Source of the DNA: Botryllus schlosseri
Lineage: Eukaryota
Assembly: GCA_051294905.1 (NCBI GenBank)
Contig: CM119372.1
Location: 31,188,001-31,252,000, forward strand
Direction of reading: 5' to 3'
Length of the DNA: 64,000 nt
In this document: positions 1-12,658 of the stretch, piece by piece
Layout: every line of letters starts with the position of its first letter
Position numbering within the stretch: the stretch's first letter is position 1
The notes under the pieces: generated by a model
Databases searched by the model: none
What the model was told of the DNA's origin: nothing
The model's input: the letters and a program-made list of their open reading frames with translations, nothing else
Translations under genes and position numbers: made by a program

Positions 1-3000
1 TATCGAACGAAGACCCACCGTTTGGTTTCATTACCAGGTAAGTGAAAATTGTTTTCTGTTGGCTAGGTATGATTTGCATTTAGAAAAAAACGAACTACAC
101 CGATTAAGCGACGCTGTTTAATCTCATAATCCGATGAGTGAGTGAAATTTCCTTAGGGTTTGATTTACCGAGTTAATTACCGGCGATTCAATCGCATACA
201 AGTAAGATCTTTTACGGGATGAGTATTGTGACGACCTTTACTTTGACGAATGACAATGGGGAAAATTTCCGATTTCTTTGGTCGTGAGCGTTCTACAAAT
301 ATTTCCGGCATACATTTTGCAAGCAACCTACAATATTCTTTTGTTATGGTAATGACTTCCGCAAGTTTGGTTTTATGATTACAATTACTTTAGAAGATTC
401 AAATGATAATTTATGATCACTACCTCGAGCAACAATACAAACACATTTTGTAGATTTCAGTGTAGTGCCTATTGCGATTTTGTCAATGCTATGGGTTTTG
501 CGTATACTCAAGTCTAGTAGAATAGGATGGTTCAGTAAAGATATTCCAAATTGCTTCTGTGTTGATCATAGTCTTGAAGTGTTAATCTGTAGACTTCACA
601 ATGTCTTAGAGAGTGCGACCGGAATTATGTATTGATCGCGCGCTTCAAAGGGTACTAGATACCCAAAGTGATATTTTCACACTCTGTAAGTTGTGTATGT
701 TTCAATTCCTGTCACAACTCCGACAACAAATTGTATCAATTGCTGGATTCAATAGTAAGGACGTGTCATTGTGTCACTGACTCTACACTTAGTCGTTTCA
801 ATTATCCGTTGCGAATCGGGATAATAAAGCATTTTGCATCGGGTGTTTAATGTATGAATAATGGAATAATTGCATCTTTCGCTGTTGTTTATCGCAAACG
901 ATAGATTTTAATAATTGTACTGGTTGTTGAATGTAATAATACCGATATTGCTGTTTCATCTTTAGTCTTGGTTACTGGAAACAATTACATTTGTAAAATA
1001 TTTCCTGATATCGCGATACGCAGAGTGATTTTTATCGAGGGGGAGTAATTCTACAATCAAGAACATTTCAGACACGTATAGTTTTACAACTTAATATGTC
1101 AAGAACAATGGCACTGAAAAGTTTGTTGCTGTCATAACATTTACCACAACGCCGTGTCTAATTACCGCGAATAATTTAATAATCAAGTCTTGATCAACTA
1201 TTACATATGTCAAATCACTGTGTCAATCCTTATGTTTACATCATGATAATTTTCAATATAACGCCTGCGTTTGATCGTGAGAAATGGATTCTTAACTACG
1301 TTGGTCAGACTTTCAAATGTCGTATATTCTCAACATATGCCAATCTCAAGTTGCGTGCACCGATTAGTAATTACTTTATGTTACACGGTATACCGAGTAG
1401 TAATTACTTTCACAGTTGAGCAAAAAAGACGAGTTGGCGGTATATGACTACAACCAAACTTGCTATGGATTTTAGATTGTAGCGATTACTTGCGTAATCT
1501 TGACTACTTTCCATTCGGATACTGTTGAGTTGTAAGTTACAAACGGATTTACGTGACAAGGTTTTCCTTGTTGACTCTTTGGAGTATGGTAAGATGTTAA
1601 AATGTCGAGACGTAATACTATTTCCGTTAACTCAATTGCAACAAAAAAAATAACCAGACAGCTTGTTCAAGGTATCGACAAATAGATAGTAATATTCCGA
1701 TTTAACTCATCGCGTCACAACTCGATCGCGGTATGCACAAGTGGTTGGCAAGTTAGAAATGTTTACAACAATGGGCGATATTTCATTGACTGACTCGATT
1801 GTGTGTAGTAACACATTAAAATATCGCGATAGTAATTACTGAAACTCTCTTTGACAAACGTAAAGACAGGTCGCGAATAGAGTTGTAAGGTTTCATTACT
1901 TGTTTCAAATCTAATTCTAAATATGACTGGATTGAAAGTTGGTAGTCATGTTTGTCAATTTATTTCAATTCAGACTATGTCAAAGTCCAAATATTTCATT
2001 CTGGATTATTTTGATTTACCTTTAGTACATCCCGCGAATGGATTCCGACACCACACTATAACATTCTCAATAATAAGGACTCACGGATTTTCAATCAACA
2101 ATACCTGCATTTTTTGGTAAAGTTAGAGTTGGCAAATGATTAGTTGCGTGTTTTTGTTAAGCGTTTGATTTCTCAGTATTAAATACAATTATTGTATACT
2201 TGTTATTCCTGATTCTCATTGAGCTAGTTGGTATTGATTCTATAGGTGTGAAAACAGCGATGCGGAATGTGTGAATAATGCGATGCGGACGAAAGTCGGC
2301 GTCAGGAATATTCGGGTTACGTTCGATTCAACAGATCGCGTTAATAGGATTTGTCAAAGGATTTGAGTTGGGTCGAATCAATACATTCAAATACGAATCA
2401 ACTTGAGTTGTGTAGTAAGTTTCATTTCAAGTTGACAAACTAACGCATTGATTGAATATTTTCATGATTCTTATCATACAACTGAAGTCAGCCACTGTTC
2501 CGAAGTGTCAAAACATATAGCGACCACCAGAAAGTGTCAAATTGTTGGTTTTCGAATCACCGTCTGCGACGGCTCTGTGACAAACTTATTGCGGAAATAT
2601 TACCTTGTGAGCGATCGGTATGTCTGTAACACCAAATCATGAGCGATCTCTATGTCTGAAGCATTACCCTGTGAGTGGTCGTAGGATTTTAAAAATATTT
2701 CACACCTTTTTGAATAAGCGTTCACTTCACAAAGGATTAGGGTTAGAGCGGAAATAAGTGACAATTTGTCGCTATTCAAGTTACCGACACTGACGGTCTG
2801 TTATTCGTTACTTATTAAATCTTACGAGCGAAATCAAGTTCTGTGACAAACTGCTTACGAAAATTTCACCGCGTGAGCGATCGATATGTCTGTAACACCA
2901 AGTCGCGAAAGATGGTTATGTCCGAGACATTATCTCGTCAGCGATGGCGGGGTTTTGCAAACTATTTCACACCTTTTTGAAGTGTTAGTATGTGAACGCG

Positions 3001-3482
3001 GCTATTATTGATATTCGAATCGCCGTCTACGCCGGCTCTGTGGCAAACTAATTACCCAAACATTACCATGCGAGTAATTCCTAGATTTTGCAAACTATTT
3101 TGACGCCTTTTTTGTTGAAAGTACGACATTCCGCCCGCAGCCTATACCCGAAAGTACGAATCATCACCGCATCCATAAGAATAACGATATATCGAAGTGG
3201 CGCTCACCGTAAACGTTGGGATTCTCTCGAATACCAGACGGCAGGTCATCACCGCAGCCTATACCCGAAAGTACGACTCGCCAACACGAGTTTTCACGGT
3301 ATATCATCACCACAGCCTATACCTGAAAGGGTGGGGTCATCACCGCGCCCATAAGAAACAATGGCAGGTCACCACCACATGGGTGGTCTAAAAGGGTGGG
3401 GTCATCACCCCGGGTTTTCAGGCAGGTCACCGCCGCACCCATAAGAGCCCCTGCCAGGTCACGAGCGATCTATACTACTACT
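1..3482 (-). mobile_element. Non-autonomous Polinton-derived element, divergent copy; one arm only, truncated by the window start
   Basis: Ends ...GATCTATACTACTACT at 3482 (AGTAGTAGT on the minus strand). Colinear over its whole length with the reverse complement of 12659-16148. Carries the same ~30-bp GTGAT/CATCAC subterminal repeats as the Polinton end at 51751. No credible ORF. Confidence 0.9.
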
Positions 3483-5417
3483 CACGCCTAACGGTCTATA
3501 GGCCAGACCGGACAATGTATTCAGCGTCTGACTATGCTACATTGATATTGAACAGAGTGTAAAACGGGTTTCTACCGACATTACCGATATAACAAGTTAT
3601 ACAGTAGCCAAAACCCCAATCGCACGGATTTGATTTTTTATGATATAATAAACATATCAAATCAAGATGGATCCCGTAGCCTACGCCTGCTAGATTTATT
3701 ACATTAGACAACGGTGTTTTCTTTATAATAATTTCATTGATTGGTTGAAAAGGCATCATTCGCCGACTACCTGCATGTAGTGTATTTTGTACTTGATTTG
3801 GCATGATTGCGGGTCAAGCTCACAGCAATAAGTCACCAAATATTCACAAACGGAAAGCTGAATATTTCGAGCAAACTTTATTAACAAAGCAAGTAAAAAT
3901 TTTGAGATTGGCAAGGTGCGTGCTCGTTTAGTGTTGATTTTTCATGCTACCAGTGCCATGCCTAGAGTGGTCCGATGTTGAAATACAAGTAGAATTTCAT
4001 CCAAAGATGTCTCAATGACGTGAAAAATTGTATTTTATGAAAGAGGTTCACAGTACGGAACCTACCAAGGTTCGTTTGTTAACGTGAACCTCTAAATTTC
4101 TGAGGTTCACACACAGAACGCGCACGTGAACCACGCGTTCACAACATCCCGATTATAGGAGTCATTGTTGGTACACAAGTACTATATATATGGAAGTACT
4201 GCCGCAAATCTCTATTAAATGACAGGTAGGAGATGTAATTTTTGAGACACAGAACAATGACTCTAAGTAGAAATAGATATCGATGGGTCCATGAAGTACT
4301 CCAATAATTAGTTTGTTGGAGTAGCTTGGCTTTTCTTAATCAATGGACCGTATTAGTATTCCAAATTGTAAGATGCATCTTTGCAAGCAACGCACAATGA
4401 ACGTCGTCGAGAAAAATTGAAAATTATAAAATTATTACATGATACCGTCATAGGCCTACAATTACATAGTCTGCCTCGAGCATCTGTCATGACAATTTCA
4501 CTAGTGGTAATGATGCGATCATATCCAAATGCTCCTTCATACTTAAAACATTGTCAAACATTGATCACCTTGATAGTTTTCTCAATATTTTTCAAGTTTA
4601 CAGTCGAGTGTCAAGTCACTATGGTATATGAGCTGACTTTAGAACCGTGTGTGGAGAGAGTCAATAGGACGATTGCGTTTGGTTAACATATAGGTTATAT
4701 TCGTTATCATGTGGTATTCGTTTCATGTGTAAACCAGTTGCAACAATTTCTCACTCAGTACCTTTCACATTTTTAGTCAAATGACGTGTTCCTGAACTAA
4801 GAGATCACGTAGCCTAGTTACTACATGTTGCACGAAGATGAATCACTGAGCCTGATATCTTGACCTGCCATCAGCTCACCAAGCATATAGGGCCTTAGCA
4901 CTAACGGTAATTAAACATTAAATCAAAAGAAGGTATAATAATGTCACCACTAGTAAATGACCATATTCATAATAATATTGATCAGGGGCTCTATTATTTT
5001 CATCCTCTTGAGACACACTGTATATACTATGAAATACATCAAGACGTATTGCGATGCATAATGGACAAATAGGAGGCTGTCGAAGCGACCGAGTACGCTC
5101 TCTCAATCAAATATCTACCCCTGCCTAATGCCGGGTAACAGTGTTCTTTCTTGAACTTTTTCGGTTGTCTTTTAATATGTTTTTCCGTGCTCTATTAATT
5201 CGCTTTCCTTGTATTCGTCCTTCAGCCAACTCCGACTCTATGTAGTTTTGTACAGAGGTCGTAAAACAGCACATAATAACATACATTTATCGATCCTATG
5301 CTTCAGTAGAAGAACCCATTTTGTTATGAATTTTGCAAAACGGGCCTGCTATTATGGAGAACATATAGATAGCCTGTTCAGGAAACTAGGGAGGTGTCAG
5401 ACGTAAACGTCAGCACA

Positions 5418-5848
5418 TAGGGTTGCATTTAAAACAAAAATCTATTTAAAACAAACATGTTTAAAATAAGGCCCTTTTTAAACCATGTTTTTTATTTTAT
5501 TTTTGTTTAGTTTTTTAAACCATGACGTCACGAATGATCAATTGTGACATTGAACATTGACATTGACAATCGAAAATATAGGGTCACTATAGCTCCTTTG
5601 ACGAAATGTCTTTACGTAGCTGTTGAACCGACTATTTTGAGGGTTTCAACCATCCCATACCGTATACGTCGGCTTTATCTGTTGGCAATTGTCAGTAGGC
5701 TCATGCAACATGTTTTTTGGAAAGTATTTACACAATTATAGGATGATTTTAGTACTTTGAAAAAACACAATTATTTGAAAGGCCTTTTAAAACAAAGTGT
5801 TGTTTAAAAAAGTGTTTAAAACAACCATTTGTTTTAAATGCAACCCTA
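5418..5848. mobile_element. MITE (hAT-like)
   Basis: TIR TAGGGTTGCATTTAAAACA / TGTTTTAAATGCAACCCTA; flanks TCAGCACA / TACAGCACA (imperfect TSD); subterminal TTTAAAAC repeats. Confidence 0.75.
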
Positions 5849-7578
5849 TACAGCACACTATTATTATAGGAAATAGTTCTTATAGTAAATAATTATTTAC
5901 CTGGGGAGGATGTTGGCGATGATGTGGAGTCGCAATCCAAAACGCCTCGGTGTAGATCGCTACCCTTGTCGTCCATGATGCAGCCTACATGGTGCAAAAT
6001 AGCTCTGGCATATCGTACAATAGCGAATAAATGCATACTGCATATACACATACTCACAATAGTAATTTTTTTTTTAGATTTGGTCAGTTGTCCTGTTAAA
6101 AGTCTCCTGTGAACTATAGATCTAAGGGACAATAATCGTTTGACATTGCAACTGCGAAACGATAACAACAGCCTTTTCTGAAAAGAAATGATGTAGTGGC
6201 GGAGTGAAAGAGTATTTCCTGAATCAAGGATACACAATGGACAATGAGCAATGAACATGTATACTAATACTTTGTATATGATGCCTTGATTTTATGATTT
6301 CTGAGCTGCCGATATGTATCACGGCACACTATAGATTCACCCTTATGTATGAGAACGCCGACACGGATCTTATGGCGACGAGGAGTCTAAAACACATCAA
6401 ATATTCCCAACCGCGGACACAAGCTAGCCTCCTTGCTGCTCTCATTAACGACTGAATATCCCGCAAGAATATGATAGACAGTTGTTATTTGTTTCTGTGA
6501 ATAGTTATCGTCTATTTCCGTATCTGAATGCTATAAAATAACGGATATTAGTATTGTCTAAGCCGGTTCTGGGAATCGAGAAGAGAATTCATGCAGATAG
6601 CGTCAAACGCATGGACGAATATCCGGCCGGCACATAAGGATATATCATGGGTTCTACTGGTGATATGACCTTTATAGATAGTCTCTGTGAATAGCACATG
6701 CCAATGCAACTTTACCAACATCAAAATACCGGCTATTACTCAAGGCCACTATTATACTCAGCATATATTTCCCGCAAACCTGTGCAATAGGAAAATGTAT
6801 TTCTGAAACTGACGACATATCACATAATGACATATATATCATGTATGCAATAAAAATATGCAGTAGCAGTTTGTTTTAGTGGATAGAACTCGCTCATCTG
6901 TATGTATCAATGCTAAAATTCCCGATATAGAATCTATAGAAGTCCATGTGTATTGTCTATGCTTATGAATTGGCCGGATAGTGGGAACCAAAGGTACATG
7001 CTTCAAAATGTTTATCATGATTATACTGAGTATTTCCATGCAGTTCCATACGTACTCTGAGGTTTGAAATGAAACTCCGACACTAAAAAGGTTGGGAACC
7101 ACTGGTCTAGTTAAACCTCGAAAACTAAGGAGGGATTTCGCACTCGAACCCGCGACCCTTTTGTGTTGCAACGCTGATACATATCACTAAGTTCACGCCA
7201 TCAGAGAATTGAGAAATAGAATCTCACTTTACCAATAGTATATGTGATACACCTGCCGCGTGCCTGCCACTACCCGTTTCTTCCACACGGTATATCAACC
7301 AGCAGTTTCATGAATTCTCTGATTACGCCAAGTATCCCATGCGCTATAAAGCTCTGCGAGTACTATGACTTCATTTCCTCACGGTGACCGCTACTATTGA
7401 ATTTGACGAGCGCCGATTACTTACTGCATATGAAATTCGGTGGAACTAGCAATGTCTACTGACAACGCTGGGCTTTACTGTCGGCACGGTCACATCTCTC
7501 ACATTTCCATATACCCTAGACATGTAACCATACATTACATTTGTCTGGTATAGCCATTAGTTTTACATTCGGTTAATG

Positions 7579-8693
7579 CAGGGGTATCAAACTCAAATAA
7601 TTTCGCGGGCCGGATTCAAACCTTCAAATCGCTCGCGGCCCACACCAGTCAACTGATTCGAAAATGTTACCTCATGCCTCTGCTTTTCAATTGAATACTT
7701 TATTATCAGGCATATATAAACTAACATCGCATCATGCACCATATCGGTTTTATTCGCGTGCAATGGAATTGGTTAAAATACGATGATTGGCCGGTTGAAA
7801 ATATACATTTAACCGTTAAAACAGTGGCGGTAACGACGATATACGTCGGCATATTTTTATGCTGCGCTTCCTATAGCCGTAATCTGGCGTTAGCCATGTG
7901 TGTGCGACGTGCGTTGTGAGGACTACAAGATATTCATCGTAAACTCGGACGTTGGAATTTGGTTTATTATTATTAAATCGGGATTCGGGTTTCTCTGGAT
8001 TCCGCGGATTTTTTGAGTTCGAAGTGACACAGCAGTACGACCACATATATTTGTATATTTTTGCATAACTAATATATTCTCTATGTAAACTGCGTATTAC
8101 GGTTCCGCATTGGTGGTTTCGCTTCTGTGAATAACTACATATTGTTCCATTTTCCCATAAGACTCTGAACACGATGTGCACTTTTTTGTCTTCTCGAATT
8201 GGGTGTCGATGTTCCCGACTTGTTCCTAGCGGCAACTAGAACTAGAGTAAATCCATGCACAACACCACGGTCGGGTGGTTTTAATGTGGCTTATGAACAT
8301 ACTCTACATTTGCTTTATTAGGGGATTATTTGATGGAAGTGTTTCCTTAAAAACATCTCAACATTTGTTACAAATGTGCAGGATATAATAAGTATTTCTC
8401 AATCTACCGAAAATCGCTTCGCGGGCCGGATGAAATCGTCTGGCGAGCAGGATGCGGACCACATGCCGTATGTTTGACACCAAAGTTCCATTGAACCTCC
8501 GTGTGTGTGTGCGCGCGCGCACACACTGCTGACAACTTCTGCGTGCACAGAAAAATATGTGGCGCGCACAAAAAAAGCCGAAATGATGACTGGTTTTAGT
8601 CGTTACGCACTGTTGTCCAAGGGACCGCACAATGAGTTGGTGAGTGCGCGCAGACTCATGAAAAATTTGAGAGAACATTGTTTGACACCCCTG
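7579..8693. mobile_element. hAT-like MITE carrying a nested 200-bp MITE
   Basis: CAGGGGTATCAAAC ... GTTTGACACCCCTG termini with GCGGGCCG subterminal motifs; flanks GGTTAATG / GGCTAATG (TSD register uncertain by 1 nt). Confidence 0.6.
8481..8680. mobile_element. Small MITE with GCGCAC repeats
   Basis: Perfect 8-bp TSD TTTGACAC (8473-8480 and 8681-8688); termini CAAAGTTC / GAACATTG. A related right end occurs near 34410-34470. Confidence 0.75.
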
Positions 8694-10209
8694 GCTAATG
8701 CGACAAATGACATATCATTGACGCTATATTTTTTTGCATGTCAAAATAAGTTCAAATTTTGTCGAAATTGTAGCGTTAGGTCAACAAATTGTCAAAATTA
8801 TTTACAAAGTCAAAACTATTTTGCCACCAGCATTTCGTTTATATCGTAAATGTTTGCACTGTCGGTGAGCTTATCCTTTGGCATTTTACAGTTTTTAGCC
8901 CACTGTGAATCATAAATGGCCAAATGAAACAAATAGGTTGGCATTGTATTATGCTGAACGCACCGCAATATTCTAATTGAAGCAAGACCGCGTGGGCATC
9001 GGTTCTTAGATTTATCAAAAAGCGCATGAGGAAAATTGTGATGTGGACAACATTGTCAGAATGAAGCAACACGCTATGCCACCAGCAGTGTACGCACAAC
9101 TTCAGTGTTGCCAACCAACAGGAGCTGCTGCTGAACGTCCTTCCTCCATTCTTGGCAACCTACTTCGTAAGGAGAGATACTTTGTACCCACTTTGTCCAG
9201 ATTTCGTGAAACTAAAGTTTTTTCATGTAAAAATTTGTCAGTTTTCAAGTCAAATAAGTTTTTCCAGGCCAAACTACTTCGTAAGGACAGACAGTTACAA
9301 AAAGACATGACGATAAGTAGTACAATTCTTACACTATGTTGGAAAACACCTAAAGCACATAGGGGCCTACATAAGGTCAAAATCTGGTCAAAATTGGTTT
9401 TTTTAAGGTAAAAAAATGTCAAAATTTTGATTTTTTTCGGTACAAAAATCGCCCTACTAAATATTTTTCGACATTTACCGTATAAACACTCATCTTGTTT
9501 CAAAAATGTTGTTTTTGTAGTTGAAGGAATATCATTTGATTCAGACATTCAAAATTACCAAATTTAATTGCAATTAGAACTAAATGAAAACGTAGCAATG
9601 GCATATGCGTATGGATTCCTGGAATGAATATCCAATGAAAAGACAGAAACTATTAGCACAGTGATCCGCTTGTTTATATCGTCGGTGAATTTCGGAAACT
9701 TGGAAGTAAGGCTACGTTTCCCATGGAACAATTTATGTTTCAACTAATTACCAGTCATCTGCGGATTCAATGCGCGACGACGCAATGTCGCTCCAATTAT
9801 TGCAAACCTACTCTGGGGTGGATAACAATTGCCGATGTCAGTGATGTCGACGATGTCAGCATCTACTAAAATACTTCGGCAATGTCACCTTGGCGACGTG
9901 ATCCATACATTTCGGCCATCCCATTGATTAAATTACTCATATATTTTTGGGATCTCATAATGTAATTTGACGATGTCACTATTTGCTAGTGTCGAAGGAT
10001 TAATAAGTTTTTTAAATTCTAAAATATTCTTCCTACATACCAGCACGATGAATTTGTTCTCCTGCATGGTGTCCGTATCTCATAATTTTGACCAATTATG
10101 TTTATTCTATATTATAGTATTATATTATACAACAACAGTTTTTTCAAATATTTATACAGCTTCTTGGAGGCACAGAACTTCAATATACAATTTAATAGTA
10201 TATTCCTAT

Positions 10210-11045
10210 TGATTTGAGCCCAAATACTTTCGGCTGACACTCGTCAGGGGTAATCGTCAGCAACTAGGTGAGAAAGTTCATGTACCATCTAAAAATAGTA
10301 CATTGAACGCTCCCGTATTCGACATTTGATTCTCGCGACGTCATATTTTGCACGGTTGTAACCAATTCACTAGGCCCCGAGTCACAAGTCAATCTCACTT
10401 TTATAGTTTTGACTTGAGTCAAGTCGAGTCATTTTCAATTCATCACCGAGTCAAGTCCGAGTCCAAGTCATCGAGCAGAGCGTCGAGTCCAAGTCATGGT
10501 TTTATGACTCGAGTCCTAGTCCAAGTCATTGTGGTGACTGCTCAGTTTCCAGCTAAAGTCTTGTTAAACACACTTTTTATAACTCTGTTTGGTGATATCG
10601 AACCTACGGCATTTATAATATACTACTTTCCCTTACTTTTAACAGGTTTTGGTCGCATTTTCAAGTACCAGTACCAATAGACGAAATCCCAATGGTGGGG
10701 TTACTTTACTATTTTTCGAAATTATAGTGAAATGTTGGTCTTGGTCGTCTGAGTCTCGAGTCATATGACTCGAGTCCAACTGTCCAAGTCGAGTCAATAC
10801 ACGTATTGACTCGAGAGGAGTCGCGTAATTTCCGTATTTTGAGAAAATGACTCGAGTCAAGTCGAGTCATCAGAAAATCGTGACTCGAGTCTGACTCGAG
10901 TCGAGTCATGACTCGAGTCATTACAACCCTGATATTTTGCGATGACAATGTCGATATACGATGTTCTTTTGAATTCTTCACTAGTTGCTGACGATTACCC
11001 CTAACGAGTGTCAGCCGGAAATATTCGGGTTCATTTCAATATGAA
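10210..11045. repeat. Inverted-repeat element hosting the 10351-10931 MITE
   Basis: CGGCTGACACTCGTCAGGGGTAATCGTCAGCAACTAG (~10231-10267) is inverted at ~10981-11017. Another copy of the left arm lies at ~28513-28622. Confidence 0.65.
10351..10931. mobile_element. hAT MITE with GACTCGAGTC subterminal repeats
   Basis: TIR CACGGTTGTAA / TTACAACCCTG; perfect TSD ATATTTTG (10343-10350, 10932-10939). Same family as 25756-28265, opposite orientation. Confidence 0.9.
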
Positions 11046-12658
11046 TGTACTATTTAATCAAATATTTATAAACGTGACTTTTTTCTTGCCCGATGAGAAT
11101 TGTTATAATAGTAAATGGCCTTTTCACAACGGGTGTGAAACGTCAGCCAACTAGGTCGGCTCACTTTGGGCAATTCCATCCTGTCAAATAGGACCTACTT
11201 GGAAAGACAATGAATACCCTTGTTAATTCGGCGGCCCGTGACGCTATCAAAAACTAGGAAATTGGTCATTAGCACATTTGAGTTTGAGACCCCTGATCTA
11301 ACCTATCCTCTAGTTCTGGTTATCAACTTCCTCTTACCGACAAAATAATTACGTCACCACAACGCTTGCAGTACTTAATAAGCCATACTGTCTGGCTACA
11401 CTTTACCACAAAACCATCGATCTCCATTGACTTTCGTTGATATCCAACCCGCCCCTTCGTCTCTGCTTCCGCGGACAGCGCAAGCTTTAACGAGATGCTA
11501 TATTTATAGAAATATAGTACCTCAGTGGTATGGCTAGCAACTTCAGGTCATGATAGATAGACCCATAACAGCTGACTCAAGGTAAAACATTAATTTGAAT
11601 CGCTTTCACAATATTGTAAAAAAACAACCTAGTTTCACAACCCAAACACCATACAATAGTGAACCCTTAATATTCACGTTATGAGCTAACTGGAATTGAC
11701 AAATAATGATTGCTCTGAGCGCAAACTATACCGGTGCGGATGCAATAATCGAGGAGTAATTAACGTGCACGAAAAATATTAACCCGGCATCGGTGGAGCC
11801 CTGTTGCAGAAAATTCACACGAAGAACCGAATTCCTAACGACATACTGAGAAAATTATTGCCTACTAGCACGAATTCCTGAATATTGTTAAGTTTAACTC
11901 TACTTCAAATCCAATTTAATGGCAACTTGTTTTTTTTTGAACAAAGCATGCTTTCAAATCGAACGGATTATCTTCGCGTCTTAGCATCACTGCAGTAAAT
12001 CAGCAACTACGGAGCCGCAGGCTCCATCACTGTAGAATAAGTCATCGGGAAGTTACAGTCACTACGGATCAACTTACTGGCTCATAATATTTCAATAGGG
12101 GATATTATGCACACTCAGGCATCGCCGCAGAAAAGTAGGCAGCATACGGTACCGTGTTATATTCCGTATTGCTATCTTGACTTCTTCCAGGAAATAGCAG
12201 CCACTCCCGTGCTGGTTGAATTTCAGACGTCATACTCCTTTCTATGCATGACCGTCATATCCTTGAAGCAGTGAAATGTGTTTTTTAACATTACATCCCT
12301 GTGTTTCATAGTTCCCCATATTCAACATAACACCGCAATCTCAACAAGCGCAAAGTGTTGAATAAATTCCTGCGCGTGGTTTGCAATTGCCAGAAAGTCC
12401 TCTGTCCTAGCCCACTGGTTCTGAACCTTTGTGTCTACGCGACTGCACATTTTATTTGTTAATCTTCAATTGCGTTCGTTAGCAATCATTTATAATGAAG
12501 CCTTCTCTGATAGGTTGTTCCAACTGCTTTATAGAGCGGCAGCGAAGCACCTATTGTTGGTTATTTTCGTTGTCGCAAACTTAATTGTAAATCCTACGTT
12601 CTTTCTTACTTAGCTTAGGCCGACTTTCGTCTTACGTTATTACGTTCACTAGGTTGTT

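Noticed and set aside
1923..2120. ORFs shared between satellite copies (KVGSHVCQFISIQTMSKS..., also 14236-14526; MADYECN... at 14609 and 18297; MAHHQR... at 12657 and 19947)
   Set aside because: They recur only because the DNA is repeated. Frames are broken by indels between subfamilies (6 vs 7 T run near 2110), and no protein motif is recognisable.
2737..2746. TTAGGGTTAG telomere-like motif (also ~19255)
   Set aside because: Under two repeat units; expected by chance.
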